Assembly: GCF_001194135.2 (NCBI RefSeq)
Contig: NC_068981.1
Span: 41,404,709-41,468,708 of the forward strand
DNA: 64,000 bases
Direction of reading: 5' to 3'
Source: Octopus bimaculoides
Lineage: Eukaryota
The notes under the pieces are model-generated. The model had not been told where the DNA came from and did no database searches. It saw only the letters and a program-made list of their open reading frames with translations. The translations under genes were made by a program, and so were the position numbers. Every line of letters starts with the position of its first letter. The first letter of the stretch is position 1. Of the stretch, positions 39,479 through 50,410 are shown piece by piece.

Positions 39479-39934
39479 ATCTGTATATATATATGGCTTG
39501 TCAATTCACCTCCAGCAATAGAGAGCAGTCACCATGTTCCCTTCCATATCAACTAACTCTGATGAGCGTAAAGTTATATAAAGAGATTGTCACTTAACAC
39601 TCCGTTGTATTCCTAGTGCAAAACATTTCAGATAATATACCCATTCTATTGACAGATATATAAGTGCATCTTTTCTCTGATTAATGGACTTTTGGATGAT
39701 TCATTTATGTGTGTGTGCGTATGTATGTGTGTGTGTTTGTGTGTGCGCGTGCTTGTGTGTATAGTTAATTAGGTTATCTAGGAATAGATAATAATATTAC
39801 TACAGCAATGGCTGGTGTAGTAGTATTTTAGTTAGTTGCTACAATGATAAAAGTGTAATCTTATAGAGTAACAACTACAGAGGTATCAAACTACTGGACC
39901 TTATCATGAAAGTTATAGTTCATGGACTGGCGAC

Positions 39935-40240
39935 ACATGAAATCTTTCGAGCGAGATCGTTGCCAGTGCCCCTGGGCTGGCTCTTGTGCGGGTGACACAT
40001 GAGGTTTTTCGTGCGGGATGAGCTTGGCCGTTGCCAGTACCGCCTGACTGGCCTTCGTGCGAGTGACACGTAAAAGCACCCACTACACTCTCTGAGTGGT
40101 TGGCGTTAGGAAGGGCATCCAGCTGTAGAAACTCTGCCAAATCAGATTGGAGCCTGGTGTAGCCATCTGGTTTCACCAGTCCTCAGTCAAATCGTCCAAC
40201 CCATGCTAGCATGGAAAGCGGACGTTAAACGACGACGACG
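39935..40240 (+). repeat. RTE 3'-UTR/tail repeat (young copy)
   Basis: Same sequence as 9500-9790. Confidence 0.85.
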
Positions 40241-40244
40241 AGAT

Positions 40245-41565
40245 TAGGAAAAGAATTAAACTAGATGAGATGCAGTTTGGTTTTGTACCTGGGAAGAGTA
40301 GCACAGATGCTATCTTCCTAGTGAGACAGCTGCAAGAAAAGTATCTAGTCAAAAGTAAACTATTGTACTTGGCTTTCATGGGTCTAGAGGAAGCTTTTGA
40401 CAGAATCCCTTGCTCTGTTATCTGGTGGTTCTTAATGAAGTTAGGAGTAGACAAGTGGTTTGTTAGAAATGTACAAGCTATGTACACAGAGCTGTCAGTG
40501 GGGTGAGAGTCAGCCATGAGTTTGGCTCAGATCTCAGCCCCCTTTTATTCATCAGTCTTCCAAGCCATAATAAAGGAATTTAAACCTGGCTGCCTCTGGG
40601 AACTACTATATGCTCATGACCTCACTCTTATAGCAGAATCTGTAGCATAATTGGAGAATAAATTCCAGGTATGGAAGCAAAACCTGGAATCAAAGGGCCT
40701 TAATATAGAAAAGAGCAAAATTGTTGTTAGCAAGAAAGTGGCTAAGACTCTTTTTCTGTCAGGTAAATTGCCCTGTTCAGTATGTAGGAAAGGTGTTGGA
40801 AGAAATTCCGTTCACTGCACCTAGTGTAAGCTTCACACACAGAAGAGATGCAATGGAATCACAGATAGATTACAGAGAAAGTCATCTTTGTTTGTGGCAG
40901 ATGCACAGAAACATTAGGCACTTAGGAAAATGAAAATTAGACTCTCTAAAATGCTGAGGAAGTTTCTTTGAGGTTGTGAATAGTTTCTGCTCCCTAGATG
41001 ACTAAATTAGCAGCACCAGAGGACGTTCTGAAAGTTTTGTTGCTAGAATAAGAATTGGGTGGAAGAAGTTTAGAGATCTGTTACCTTTATTGGCAACAAA
41101 AGAACTCTCTCTCAGAGTGAAAGACAGAGTGCTTGTGTATGAACATTTATGCTCCATGGTAGTGAGATATGGACCCCGATTGCAGATGACATGTGTAGAC
41201 TGAAGGGAAATGAAGCTAGTATGATGTGATGGATGTGCAACATCAGTGCGTATGTATGACAAAGTGCAAATGTGCTGAAAGAAAAGTTGGGCATAAGAGG
41301 AGTCAGATGTAGCGTGCAAGAGAGAAGACTACGTTGGTTTGGATATGTGATGCATATGAACAAAGACAGCTGTATAAAGAAGTGTCAATTGCTTACATTG
41401 GATGGCACCTGTGGAAGAGGGAGATCTGGGAAAACATTGGATGAAGTAGTGAAGGCTGATCTCAAGATGTTGGGCCTCAAAGAGGAGATGACAATGGACT
41501 GAGGTGTCTGGCGATATGAGGTTCTTGAAAAGAGCTGCCCACCCCAGCAAAACTGAATTCTGGAA
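40245..41565 (+). mobile_element. Decayed RTE-clade LINE: RT, PHD-like insert, C-terminus
   Basis: QFGFVPGKSSTDAIFLVRQLQEKY...AFDRIP, LLYAHDL (YADD), WKQNLESKGL, Cys-rich insert at about 40770-40905, RRLRWFGYV...GRGRSGKTLDEVVK. Confidence 0.9.
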
Positions 41566-43269
41566 GCATTGTATATTCCAACCACATTAAATCACACACC
41601 CTAGCCCAGTGAACCAAACAACATCTCTTCTTCCTGCACTTTCCTTTTCTCCCCACCTCCCACACACTCCTGCAGCCCAACACTGCTCTGGCAGCTCTCT
41701 CTCTCTCTCTCTCTCTAATGGCATCATGGCTATCCTGTTGCTCCTTAATACACCTGTGTTTCATCATATATATATATATATGTGTGTGTGTGTGTATGTA
41801 TGTATGTGTATATGTTTGTGTGTCTGTGTTTGTCCCCCCAACATCGGTTGACAACCAATGCTGGTGTGTTTACATCCCCATAACCTAGCGGTTCAGCAAA
41901 AGAGACCAATAGAATAAGTACTAGGCATCCAAAGAATAAGTCCTGGGGTTCATTTGCTCGACTAAATGTGGTGCTCCAGCNNNNNNNNNNAAGTCCTGGG
42001 GTTCATTTGCTCGACTAAATGTGGTGCTCCAGCATGGCCACAGTCAAATGACTGAAACAAGTAAAAGAGTAAAAGAGTAATAAAAGTGTGTCAGTGTGTC
42101 ACACTTTCACCCCTTCTTTCACTATTCAATGACACTTCCTCGTACTGGGGTGAGAGTAATAGTAGGCATAGAAATGGTGAGAGCTGTGGCAAAGACACAG
42201 ACCGAGAGAGAGAGAGAGAGAGAGGACACACAGACAGACTGAGCCCACCATACATCAGGGTCCCACAATGTATTTGTTGCATCAAAACGTTTGGGCTGCT
42301 TGCTAAGATACTAGATAAGATCCAGGTCATTGATGTTAAATTCCCAAAAATTACTAACCATCCCCATACATCAATAGCAATATTGATTGCCTTTTGCAGA
42401 ACACAGAACACAGAAGTGGAAGCTTATCATTGATTCAAGCTGCCTTTGAATGTTGCATCATATCAGTATCTACTAACCATCAAATGTTGAAATGCATCCA
42501 TGGATCACATGTGAACAAATGAAGCAAATATCATCATAAGAATTGTAAAGTAGCCTCAGAAATCATTCCATGACATCTGACTAGGAATACAAATCCATGG
42601 AAGCTGCATAGCTCTACTACAACAGAATGTTGGAAGAAAGGTTTTCAGCTTATCATCAGCAGTTAAAATCTTTGTAGAATGTAGGCAAAAACAGACCAGA
42701 TGTGATGATCTGAAACAAATGAAAGAAGTGTGTACAATAGTAGAAATCATTTGTTCAACATATGTTAATATAACATTAAAAATAAATGAAAAACAAAAGA
42801 CCATGTATGGAAAACTTATAAGAAATTTGTTAGCACTAAACTCAGATCATATTATTAGATTAAAATAATAGTTATAGAGATATTTCATTATACAATTAAC
42901 TATCTAAATGTCACAAAACCAGAAAGAACACAGCATAGGAAATTAGTTATAATCCTTCAAAATCAATGGCACTATGAAATATGGAAAACTTTCAACAAAT
43001 AGAGCCTTTAGTAAGTGCATAAATATATATATATATATATGTACATGTGTATTGTCATACATATATATGTATATGTTCATGTGAGTCACAATATACAGCT
43101 TCATCATGAAATGTCATACAAGCACATACATATGTATGTTTACAGATCCATACATACATACATATATGACTACCTAAATAATGGGATCTAAATTCCAATC
43201 AAAAAGCTTTATTCTTGCATTGGAGACTGGCTTCTTTCTATGTCGAGGGCAAAAATTATAAACAAGGCA

Positions 43270-43490
43270 TATAGACACAAGAAGATAAGAATGATATATA
43301 GTTGTAGAGATCAGCAGCCCTGCAGATATTAATTTTTCTTTCCAAACCAGTAAGAGTGAGAATATCTGCAGATAGTTGCTTCAAAATCAATATCTTCTCA
43401 AACCAAATTATAAACTCCCATAAGCAGCATAACCGTCACTAGCAAGCGAGTATGATTTCATAGCATGTGTCATGCTAATTGTTTCCAATG
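43270..43490 (+). mobile_element. Decayed REL domain fragment, same family as 33074
   Basis: VVEISSPADIN...SENI...LLKPNYK. Confidence 0.55.
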
Positions 43491-44266
43491 TTTATGTAGC
43501 TGTGAGCAGATATAGAGATCTTCTTGGCCCTTCCAACCCTAAACCAGTGGAACATCAAGGATATGATACCTGGAGGTATGATACCAGCAGTGGAGTGGTA
43601 CTGATTTTCAGCTGAGATGACAGGAGCATCATCAAATAAAATAAATTATTGAAGGAACTAACACATTGCCTGACCCACGGTCTCATGTTCATGAACTTAA
43701 CACTCCTGACCACATATATATAAGCCTTGATTATATAAGTAAATACCTATATAGAAATCTTGATACACTGAGGTTTGCAGATAAAATTAAATGTGACCAG
43801 CTATGATGTACTCTGTAAAATCGATCTGTAAGCAGAACAGAAGAAATAAGCAGAACTTATGTAAAGTTCAAAGTATAAATCTTCACCACAATTATTATTT
43901 AAATTCTAGCGTTGCTGCTTTGTTTCTTTCTTAGAACCCAGTACTCAACCGTTTCTTGTTTTTCGTTTTTTATAAAAAAAAATGATCCAGATAATTAGAA
44001 AAGCGAGATGTACATTCGGAGTTTTAGTTATACAATTTTGAGACCTGATCTTTAGCTTACTTGACATCGAAAATTTACATTTAATTTAAGGAAACCTTGA
44101 TGCTACAATTTGAACCCTCAGAAAATATATAACTACAAACTAAAAGTCGATTGAAATAAAGTAATGGGACGTAACTCTCACAATTTAAACCTAATACAAT
44201 ACTTTTCTCCTGCGTTTTTACTTTTTCTCTTTCTCAACTTCTCATCTATCTATCTATCTATCTATC

Positions 44267-44302
<36 letters not shown>

Positions 44303-44873
44303 GAGAACAACTATATCTAAGACGTTTCTGTAGACTTGACGGGGAAAAAAGTGTACACGAGTGCACACAAACATGCTAAAAATATAACTGTACATACATA
44401 TATTTAATAACCGCTGCTTTGTACACCTTTAGTTAATTAATTTCAGCTTAATTAAGCTTTGTGCATATCACCAAATGTACAATTTGTTATTTAAATTCAG
44501 AGCAGCTATTTCTTTGTGGGCTATGAACAACAGATTCAATGTCCATAGTTGATGAAGCACATGAAAGCAGAAACGCATGCATTAAAGTAGAAATGCATGT
44601 ATCCTTTGATCTGATGTCATTCATAGCCCAGTGATGTGTTTTCACATTATCTCATAAGGAGAATTTTTCTCCTGAGACAAATTCCACAGTAAAGATATTT
44701 CAATGTCTGAGAATACACAATCATGTCACATGCGTTAAAAATAATTCAATTCACATTTATTTCAAACAACACTTTGTGCTCATCTAATTGACATATACAT
44801 ACATACATACATAATATATATATATATATATACATACATACACACACACACACACACATAAAAGAAGAAAAAG

Positions 44874-45192
44874 AAAATGGAGATTGGGAAGTTAATAATT
44901 GTTTATTATTAACAGCAAATTAATCATCATCTCTTACAGCTGTTTCAATTAATACTCAGTAAATATTAAATTTATATGACCTGAGCATATAAATTCAGTC
45001 TGCTATAATAAATAAATAAACACATATATAACATCCAAGGGTATATGTTTTTCCCCTCTGAAGATATTATGCTTGGGTCATATAAATTTAATATTTACTT
45101 AATATTTACTAAGTATTAATTGAAACAGCTTAAAGGATGATGATTAATTTGCTGTTAATAATAACAATTATTAATTTCCCCATCTCAATTTT
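44874..45192. mobile_element. AT-rich foldback MITE
   Basis: Arms about 44874-44988 and 45068-45192 are inverted copies (acagcaaattaatcatcatc, agctgtttcaattaatact, atattaaatttatatgacc). Confidence 0.8.
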
Positions 45193-45389
45193 CTTGTTCT
45201 TCTTTTATATGAATATAAACTATATGTTTTTATATATATACCTATTATTTTAAGGAAATTAATTCCCCCAAAATACTTAGTGTTGAACCAGTATTCTCTT
45301 GGATGAAACCATCCCTTCATGAGGTTAACATAACCTCTAATCAAATATGTGTGTGTGTGTGTGTGTGTGTTAATAACACATAGAAGGAG

Positions 45390-45570
45390 GTGCTTTATCC
45401 TGCACACAGCTATCCTTTGCCCCTTTCCTCTTGTTCCAATGGCTGTGAGCAGGGAACCCCACTACAGCCAACCTTGACTCGGAAAGTCCATAACTGCTAT
45501 CCCTTCTTCCTGCAATCCTGCAGAAGGTATGGTATGCTTCAATTCACGTACCTCATTACATACAACTGTT
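45390..45570 (-). mobile_element. HERO/NeSL-like REL fragment
   Basis: DCRKKG*QLWTFRVKVGCSG resembles the ECR..GW...FPVEVGCRG motif. Confidence 0.5.
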
Positions 45571-46214
45571 GCTTTACTTGTTCCGAACTGTGAGCTGCAG
45601 TCATGCTGGGGTATCACCATCTTTGTTACTATAGTGATCTTTGATGAATTAAGAAGTTTGATACTACCACCCTCATTTATGTCTGTTGTAATGTAGGTTC
45701 ATCTAAAACTGAAGACACCATGGATCCTCCTGTCATAGATGACTGATGAGGGTTCTGCAATTTCTTGTCGAACAACCTGCACAGATGATTTGTTTATAAT
45801 GATCAAATGTTTCTGCTGCACATTAGCTCACTCTCTCCATCAAATTTATGTTGCTTGTATGGATGCACAGTGTGCCACACATCAGATGTTCAAGAACACC
45901 ATGTATTGCCCAGTCCAATTCAGGAATTGAAACTATGATCTTATGATCGTGAGTACAACACTCTAATTTCTAGGCCACATTCTTTTTCTCTTTTTAATTC
46001 AGAGTTTATCTTAAATGGCGTCCTGATTAATAGCAAGGTTGTGATGGAAAGTTTCTTGTTTTGTTCATGCATATTTTTGTTGCCCCAGATATTGTGGTCA
46101 TTTATAATGCATGAATTAAAAAGTTGCATTCTCTCACATGGAATCTGAGTTCAATCATACTTTGCTCCAGATAAGTTGGTACATGTTTTGTTTCTCTAAT
46201 AATAATAGGTATGA

Positions 46215-46440
46215 ATAAGGTGGTGAGCTGGCAGAAACGTTAGCACACCGGGCGAAATGCTTAGAGGCATTTCATCTGTCTTTATGCTCTGAGTTCAAAT
46301 TCCGCCAAGGTCAACCTTACCTTTCATCCTTTCGGGGTCGATAAATTAAGTACCAGTTTTATACTGGAGTCAATCTAATTGAGTGGACCTCTCCCCAAAA
46401 ATTTTGGGCCTTGTACCTAGAGCAGAAAAGAATAATAGGT
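46215..46440 (+). mobile_element. tRNA-derived SINE, family B
   Basis: gagctggcagaaacgttagc A-box region, gagttcaaattcc B-box, ctttcatcctttcggggtcgataaattaagtacc core. Other copies at about 27670-27870(-), 28590-28740, 29960-30180, 58320-58545(-), 14910-15030(-). Confidence 0.8.
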
Positions 46441-46950
46441 ATGAATTTGAAAGTGTATCTTGGGGTACTGGATTTGAGAATTCTTATCAATTCTTCATAA
46501 ATGTTTTCTTTCTCCTGCATTTTTCTGACCACATTGGTGTCCAGAGGGCAGCTGATTTCCACAATAGAGCAAATTTTTCCTTGTGGATCCACACAGCAAT
46601 ATCTGCCCAGTTTGTTTTTAACTTGATGGCTGTTTTAATGTTTAAATTCAACCAATATTCTTTGACTTATTGGTGTCAATTTAGTCAACTTTGTCTGATG
46701 ATATTTTTTTTTGTCTTATGTTGTTCCTGACAGTGCCATCAATAGCATCGTGCCTTATAGGAAGATGATATTCCTCTCACAGTTGGCTGATATCTTCATC
46801 TTAGTTTTGCACAGCCCACATTTGTTGTTTATAAATGTCTTCTGTGGGCTGTGGGTATTTGGTAGGGATCTCTTGTTTTTGAATTGCATGGAGTAGGAAG
46901 TCATAAATTTGTCAGTTCTCCATGCCAAGATTTTGATATCATTTAATCCC
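46410..46950 (-). mobile_element. REL-endonuclease LINE fragment (zinc knuckle + REL)
   Basis: NNKCGLCK...EDI...PIRHD, then ADIAVW.PQGKICSIVEISCPLDTNV...EKENIY...FKFIP. Confidence 0.8.
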
Positions 46951-46954
46951 TCCT

Positions 46955-46974
46955 TGCTGCTGCTGCTGCTGCTG

Positions 46975-47019
<45 letters not shown>

Positions 47020-47040
47020 ACAACAACAACAACAACAACA
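46955..47040. repeat. Compound microsatellite (TGC)n(TAC)n(AAC)n
   Basis: Direct reading. Confidence 0.95.
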
Positions 47041-47042
47041 AC

Positions 47043-47275
47043 TGACATACAGACAGACAAGGTATCAGAGCACTGAAGGCCGGCTATAGTAACCTTTAGG
47101 AGGGACAAGCAAGAATGCCTAAAAACTGATGTGACAGTGTCCGGAGATCAACATATCCTCATGAAAGAAAGAGAAATGTTTGATAAATATGGAGACGTGA
47201 GAACTGAGATGGCCAAGATGTGGCAGCTATGAGAGTCAAACATAAAGGTTATGCCTATTGTCATCGGAGCATGAT
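47043..47275 (+). mobile_element. R4/Dong-like REL domain fragment
   Basis: IQTDKVSEH*RPAIV...CLKTDVTVSGD...KEREMFDKYGDVRTEMAKMW...VMPIVIGA. Confidence 0.75.
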
Positions 47276-47320
47276 ATTGTATACTGTGTGATGTCTATAA
47301 CAACAACAACAACAACAATG

Positions 47321-47367
<47 letters not shown>

Positions 47368-47939
47368 TCTTTCTACTAGAGGCACAAGGACTGAAATTTG
47401 TGGGGAAGGGGTTAAGTCGATTATATTGATAATAATAATCTATTTATGCCATCAACATCATCATCATTTAACGTCCATCTTCCATACTAGAATGTGTTGG
47501 ACTACATATATTTATATATATATATATATACGTAATCTCACATAGTTCTAAAAATTAACCTTCCCCCACCATCCCCATTCCCTACATCCTCTTCACATCT
47601 ATCCTACCCTACCGTTACACTATTCCTCACTCAGCAATCAAATATCTTGCTTATTAGAATGGACATTTTTGACAAACCCAAATCCCAATGCAAGGGACAT
47701 AACTCCGATGAACTAAATAATTCTTACATTTACGGGGGCTTTATCTGATTTCATCCACGAATTATGTTGGGGGTTTTACAGTCGCACCAAGGCCCATAAA
47801 ACAGGTGTAAATGTTTTGACCCTCCAGTGTCAAAGGGCTAAGACCTTATATTTCCTTCAACCGTTTGTGGTAATTGCTAGGACTTGACTATCCATTTCTA
47901 GCATGAAAACCATTTAACTATTGTGACAATATATTACAT

Positions 47940-48103
<164 letters not shown>

Positions 48104-48279
48104 TCAGCACATACCCTCATCAATTTAATGCTCATGGAAATCTTTAATATTTATAGAATATTCTCTGTAAATCTGGAGAATATTCTATAAATATTAAAGA
48201 TTTCCATAAGCTTTAAATTGATGAGGGAATGTGCTGATATCAAGTTAAATTACACTTTACAAATTCTTCTACAGTTGGA

Positions 48280-48550
48280 TGTGAAACATGGGCCATAACC
48301 GCTGAAGACATGTGTAGGCTCACAAGGAATGAAGCCAGTATGCTCCGATAGATGTGTAATGACAGAGTGTAAGTACCTTGAGAGAAAAGCTGAACTTAAG
48401 AAGCATCAGTTGTTGTGTGCAAGAGAGATGATTGCGCTGGTATGGTCATGTGGCGAGAATGGATGAGGATAGCTGTGTGAAAAAGTGCCACACCCTAGCA
48501 GTTGAGGGAACCTGTGGAAGAGGTAGGCCCAGGAAGACCTGGGATGAGGT
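48280..48550 (+). mobile_element. RTE LINE C-terminal fragment, cut by a gap
   Basis: RWYGHVARMDEDSCVKKCHTLAVEGTCGRGRPRKTWDE. Confidence 0.85.
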
Positions 48551-49226
48551 NNNNNNNNNNNNNNNNNNNNNNNNNNNNNNNNNNNNNNNNNNNNNNNNNN
48601 NNNNNNNNNNNNNNNNNNNNNNNNNNNNNNNNNNNNNNNNNNNNNNNNNNNNNNNNNNNNNNNNNNNNNNNNNNNNNNNNNNNNNNNNNNNNNNNNNNNN
48701 NNNNNNNNNNNNNNNNNNNNNNNNNNNNNNNNNNNNNNNNNNNNNNNNNNNNNNNNNNNNNNNNNNNNNNNNNNNNNNNNNNNNNNNNNNNNNNNNNNNN
48801 NNNNNNNNNNNNNNNNNNNNNNNNNNNNNNNNNNNNNNNNNNNNNNNNNNNNNNNNNNNNNNNNNNNNNNNNNNNNNNNNNNNNNNNNNNNNNNNNNNNN
48901 NNNNNNNNNNNNNNNNNNNNNNNNNNNNNNNNNNNNNNNNNNNNNNNNNNNNNNNNNNNNNNNNNNNNNNNNNNNNNNNNNNNNNNNNNNNNNNNNNNNN
49001 NNNNNNNNNNNNNNNNNNNNNNNNNNNNNNNNNNNNNNNNNNNNNNNNNNNNNNNNNNNNNNNNNNNNNNNNNNNNNNNNNNNNNNNNNNNNNNNNNNNT
49101 ATATATATGGGAGAATATACAAAAAATAACAACAGACGAGGACAGGTGGTGTAAATAACAAAAGTATATATTAGTATGACGCTCGGGAATACGGAAATAT
49201 ATATATATATATATATATGTATGTAT

Positions 49227-49634
49227 ATAAAGCAGTTGTATACTGTCAACTTAATGTGACAGTCCCAATAAGGGAATCATACTGCTGCTCTTTAGCCCTA
49301 GGAAGCTGGACCGCTTCTTGTTCGCCTTGACACATTTCCTGTGTCCTTATGTTTGTGAGGGGGAGACAAGCACCTCCAGCCAGCCTAGTCTGCATTCAGG
49401 GACATGTTTCTGAGTCTTTGCTTGTCATCAGCCTGAAGTAACACGACCAGCTGGCTGAAGATGCCTGTCAACCTCTCACAAATATATATATTTCTAGTGA
49501 AAACACAAACATTAAGACACAGGAAATGTGTCAAGGCCAACAGGAAGTGGTCCAGCTTCCTAGGGCTAAATAGCAGCAGTATGATTCCCTTATTGGGACT
49601 GTCACATTAAGTTGACAGTATACAACTGCTTTAT
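49227..49634. repeat. 131-bp inverted repeat (arms 49227-49357 and 49504-49634) enclosing the hammerhead
   Basis: Manual alignment gives 6 mismatches in 131 bp. A second, perfect 35-bp inverted pair lies at 49472-49506 / 49707-49741. Confidence 0.9.
49365..49469 (-). ncRNA. Type I hammerhead ribozyme motif with extended stem I and minimal palindromic stem III
   Basis: Minus strand reads UUCAGG-CUGAUGA-CAAG-CAAAGA-CUCA-GAAA-CAUG-UC-CCUGAA (49437..49395), with an intact catalytic core and GUC cleavage triplet. Distal 20-bp stem 49469-49450 / 49384-49365 has 17 Watson-Crick and 3 G-U pairs. Stem II has two mismatches. Confidence 0.8.
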
Positions 49635-49741
49635 CATAACACTGCTGCGTAAGTCTCTCTGTGAGATTTATAATTAGATCATTACTAATTTTTGTAATCA
49701 GTGAATGTGTTTTCACTAGAAATATATATATTTGTGAGAGG

Positions 49742-50270
49742 TATCTATGTGTGTGTGTGTGAAATATTTGTTTATCAATCTAAGGAAAATCTTTCCTATA
49801 CAAATCTTGACACTGAGAGTGACAGGTGGATCAAACCAAACAACATTTCTGTGGCACTTCCTTTTCCAGGTGCTAGGACCAGGCATGTAGGAGATGTGGT
49901 CCTTAAACCCACTCAGTGCCAATGCCTCATTGTAGTAGGGGACAGTGGCATCAAAGATATCTTGGCTCAAGGTTAGATTCGAGATCCTCTTGCTTACACC
50001 TTTCACTAGGTTTTGGAAACTATAGAGAGGTGGCAGGAGGCTGTGCTAATATAAGACAGTTTCTCATTTGGATTGTGATAGGGTCTGTATGTACCAGAGC
50101 CTAGATCTAAAGTAACATCTAGGAAATCTACTGTAGTGAGATTAGTCTCAGTAGTGATCTTGAGTCCCATTGAGCCTAAGGTGCTCCCCTAGAGATGGCT
50201 AGGGCATCATCTCTGTAGAAGCCAAAGAGGACCAAAGGAAACCTCTTTCCTAAGATGTCCAGGATGTACA
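49742..50270 (-). mobile_element. Penelope-like retroelement fragment (Naiad-type RT C-terminus/linker)
   Basis: YRDDALA, ETNLTTVDFLDVTLDL, KGVSKRISNL...YYNEALALSGFK...RNVVWFDPP...IGKIFLRLINKYF. Same family as 37748-39478. Confidence 0.8.
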
Positions 50271-50286
50271 ATCCAATAAGATCACA

Positions 50287-50410
50287 GTGGCTGCATTCCT
50301 TTCAAGCATTGGGCCTCATGGAGGCAAAGTGGCTGATATCCTTTCAAGCATTGGGCCTCACGGAGGCAAAGTGGCTGAGTTTCGTTCAAATGTTGGGCCT
50401 CACGGAGACA
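50287..50410. repeat. 3 x 42-bp tandem repeat
   Basis: gtggctg...ttgggcctca(c/t)ggag starts at 50287, 50329 and 50371. Confidence 0.85.

Noticed and set aside
42630-42660. Minus-strand CTGATGA-taagct-GAAA as a hammerhead
   Set aside because: No stem II, no stem III and no NUH triplet with a pairing stem I.
46215-46300. tRNA genes
   Set aside because: A- and B-box-like motifs are SINE heads followed by SINE cores, and no cloverleaf could be folded. The same holds for families A and D.
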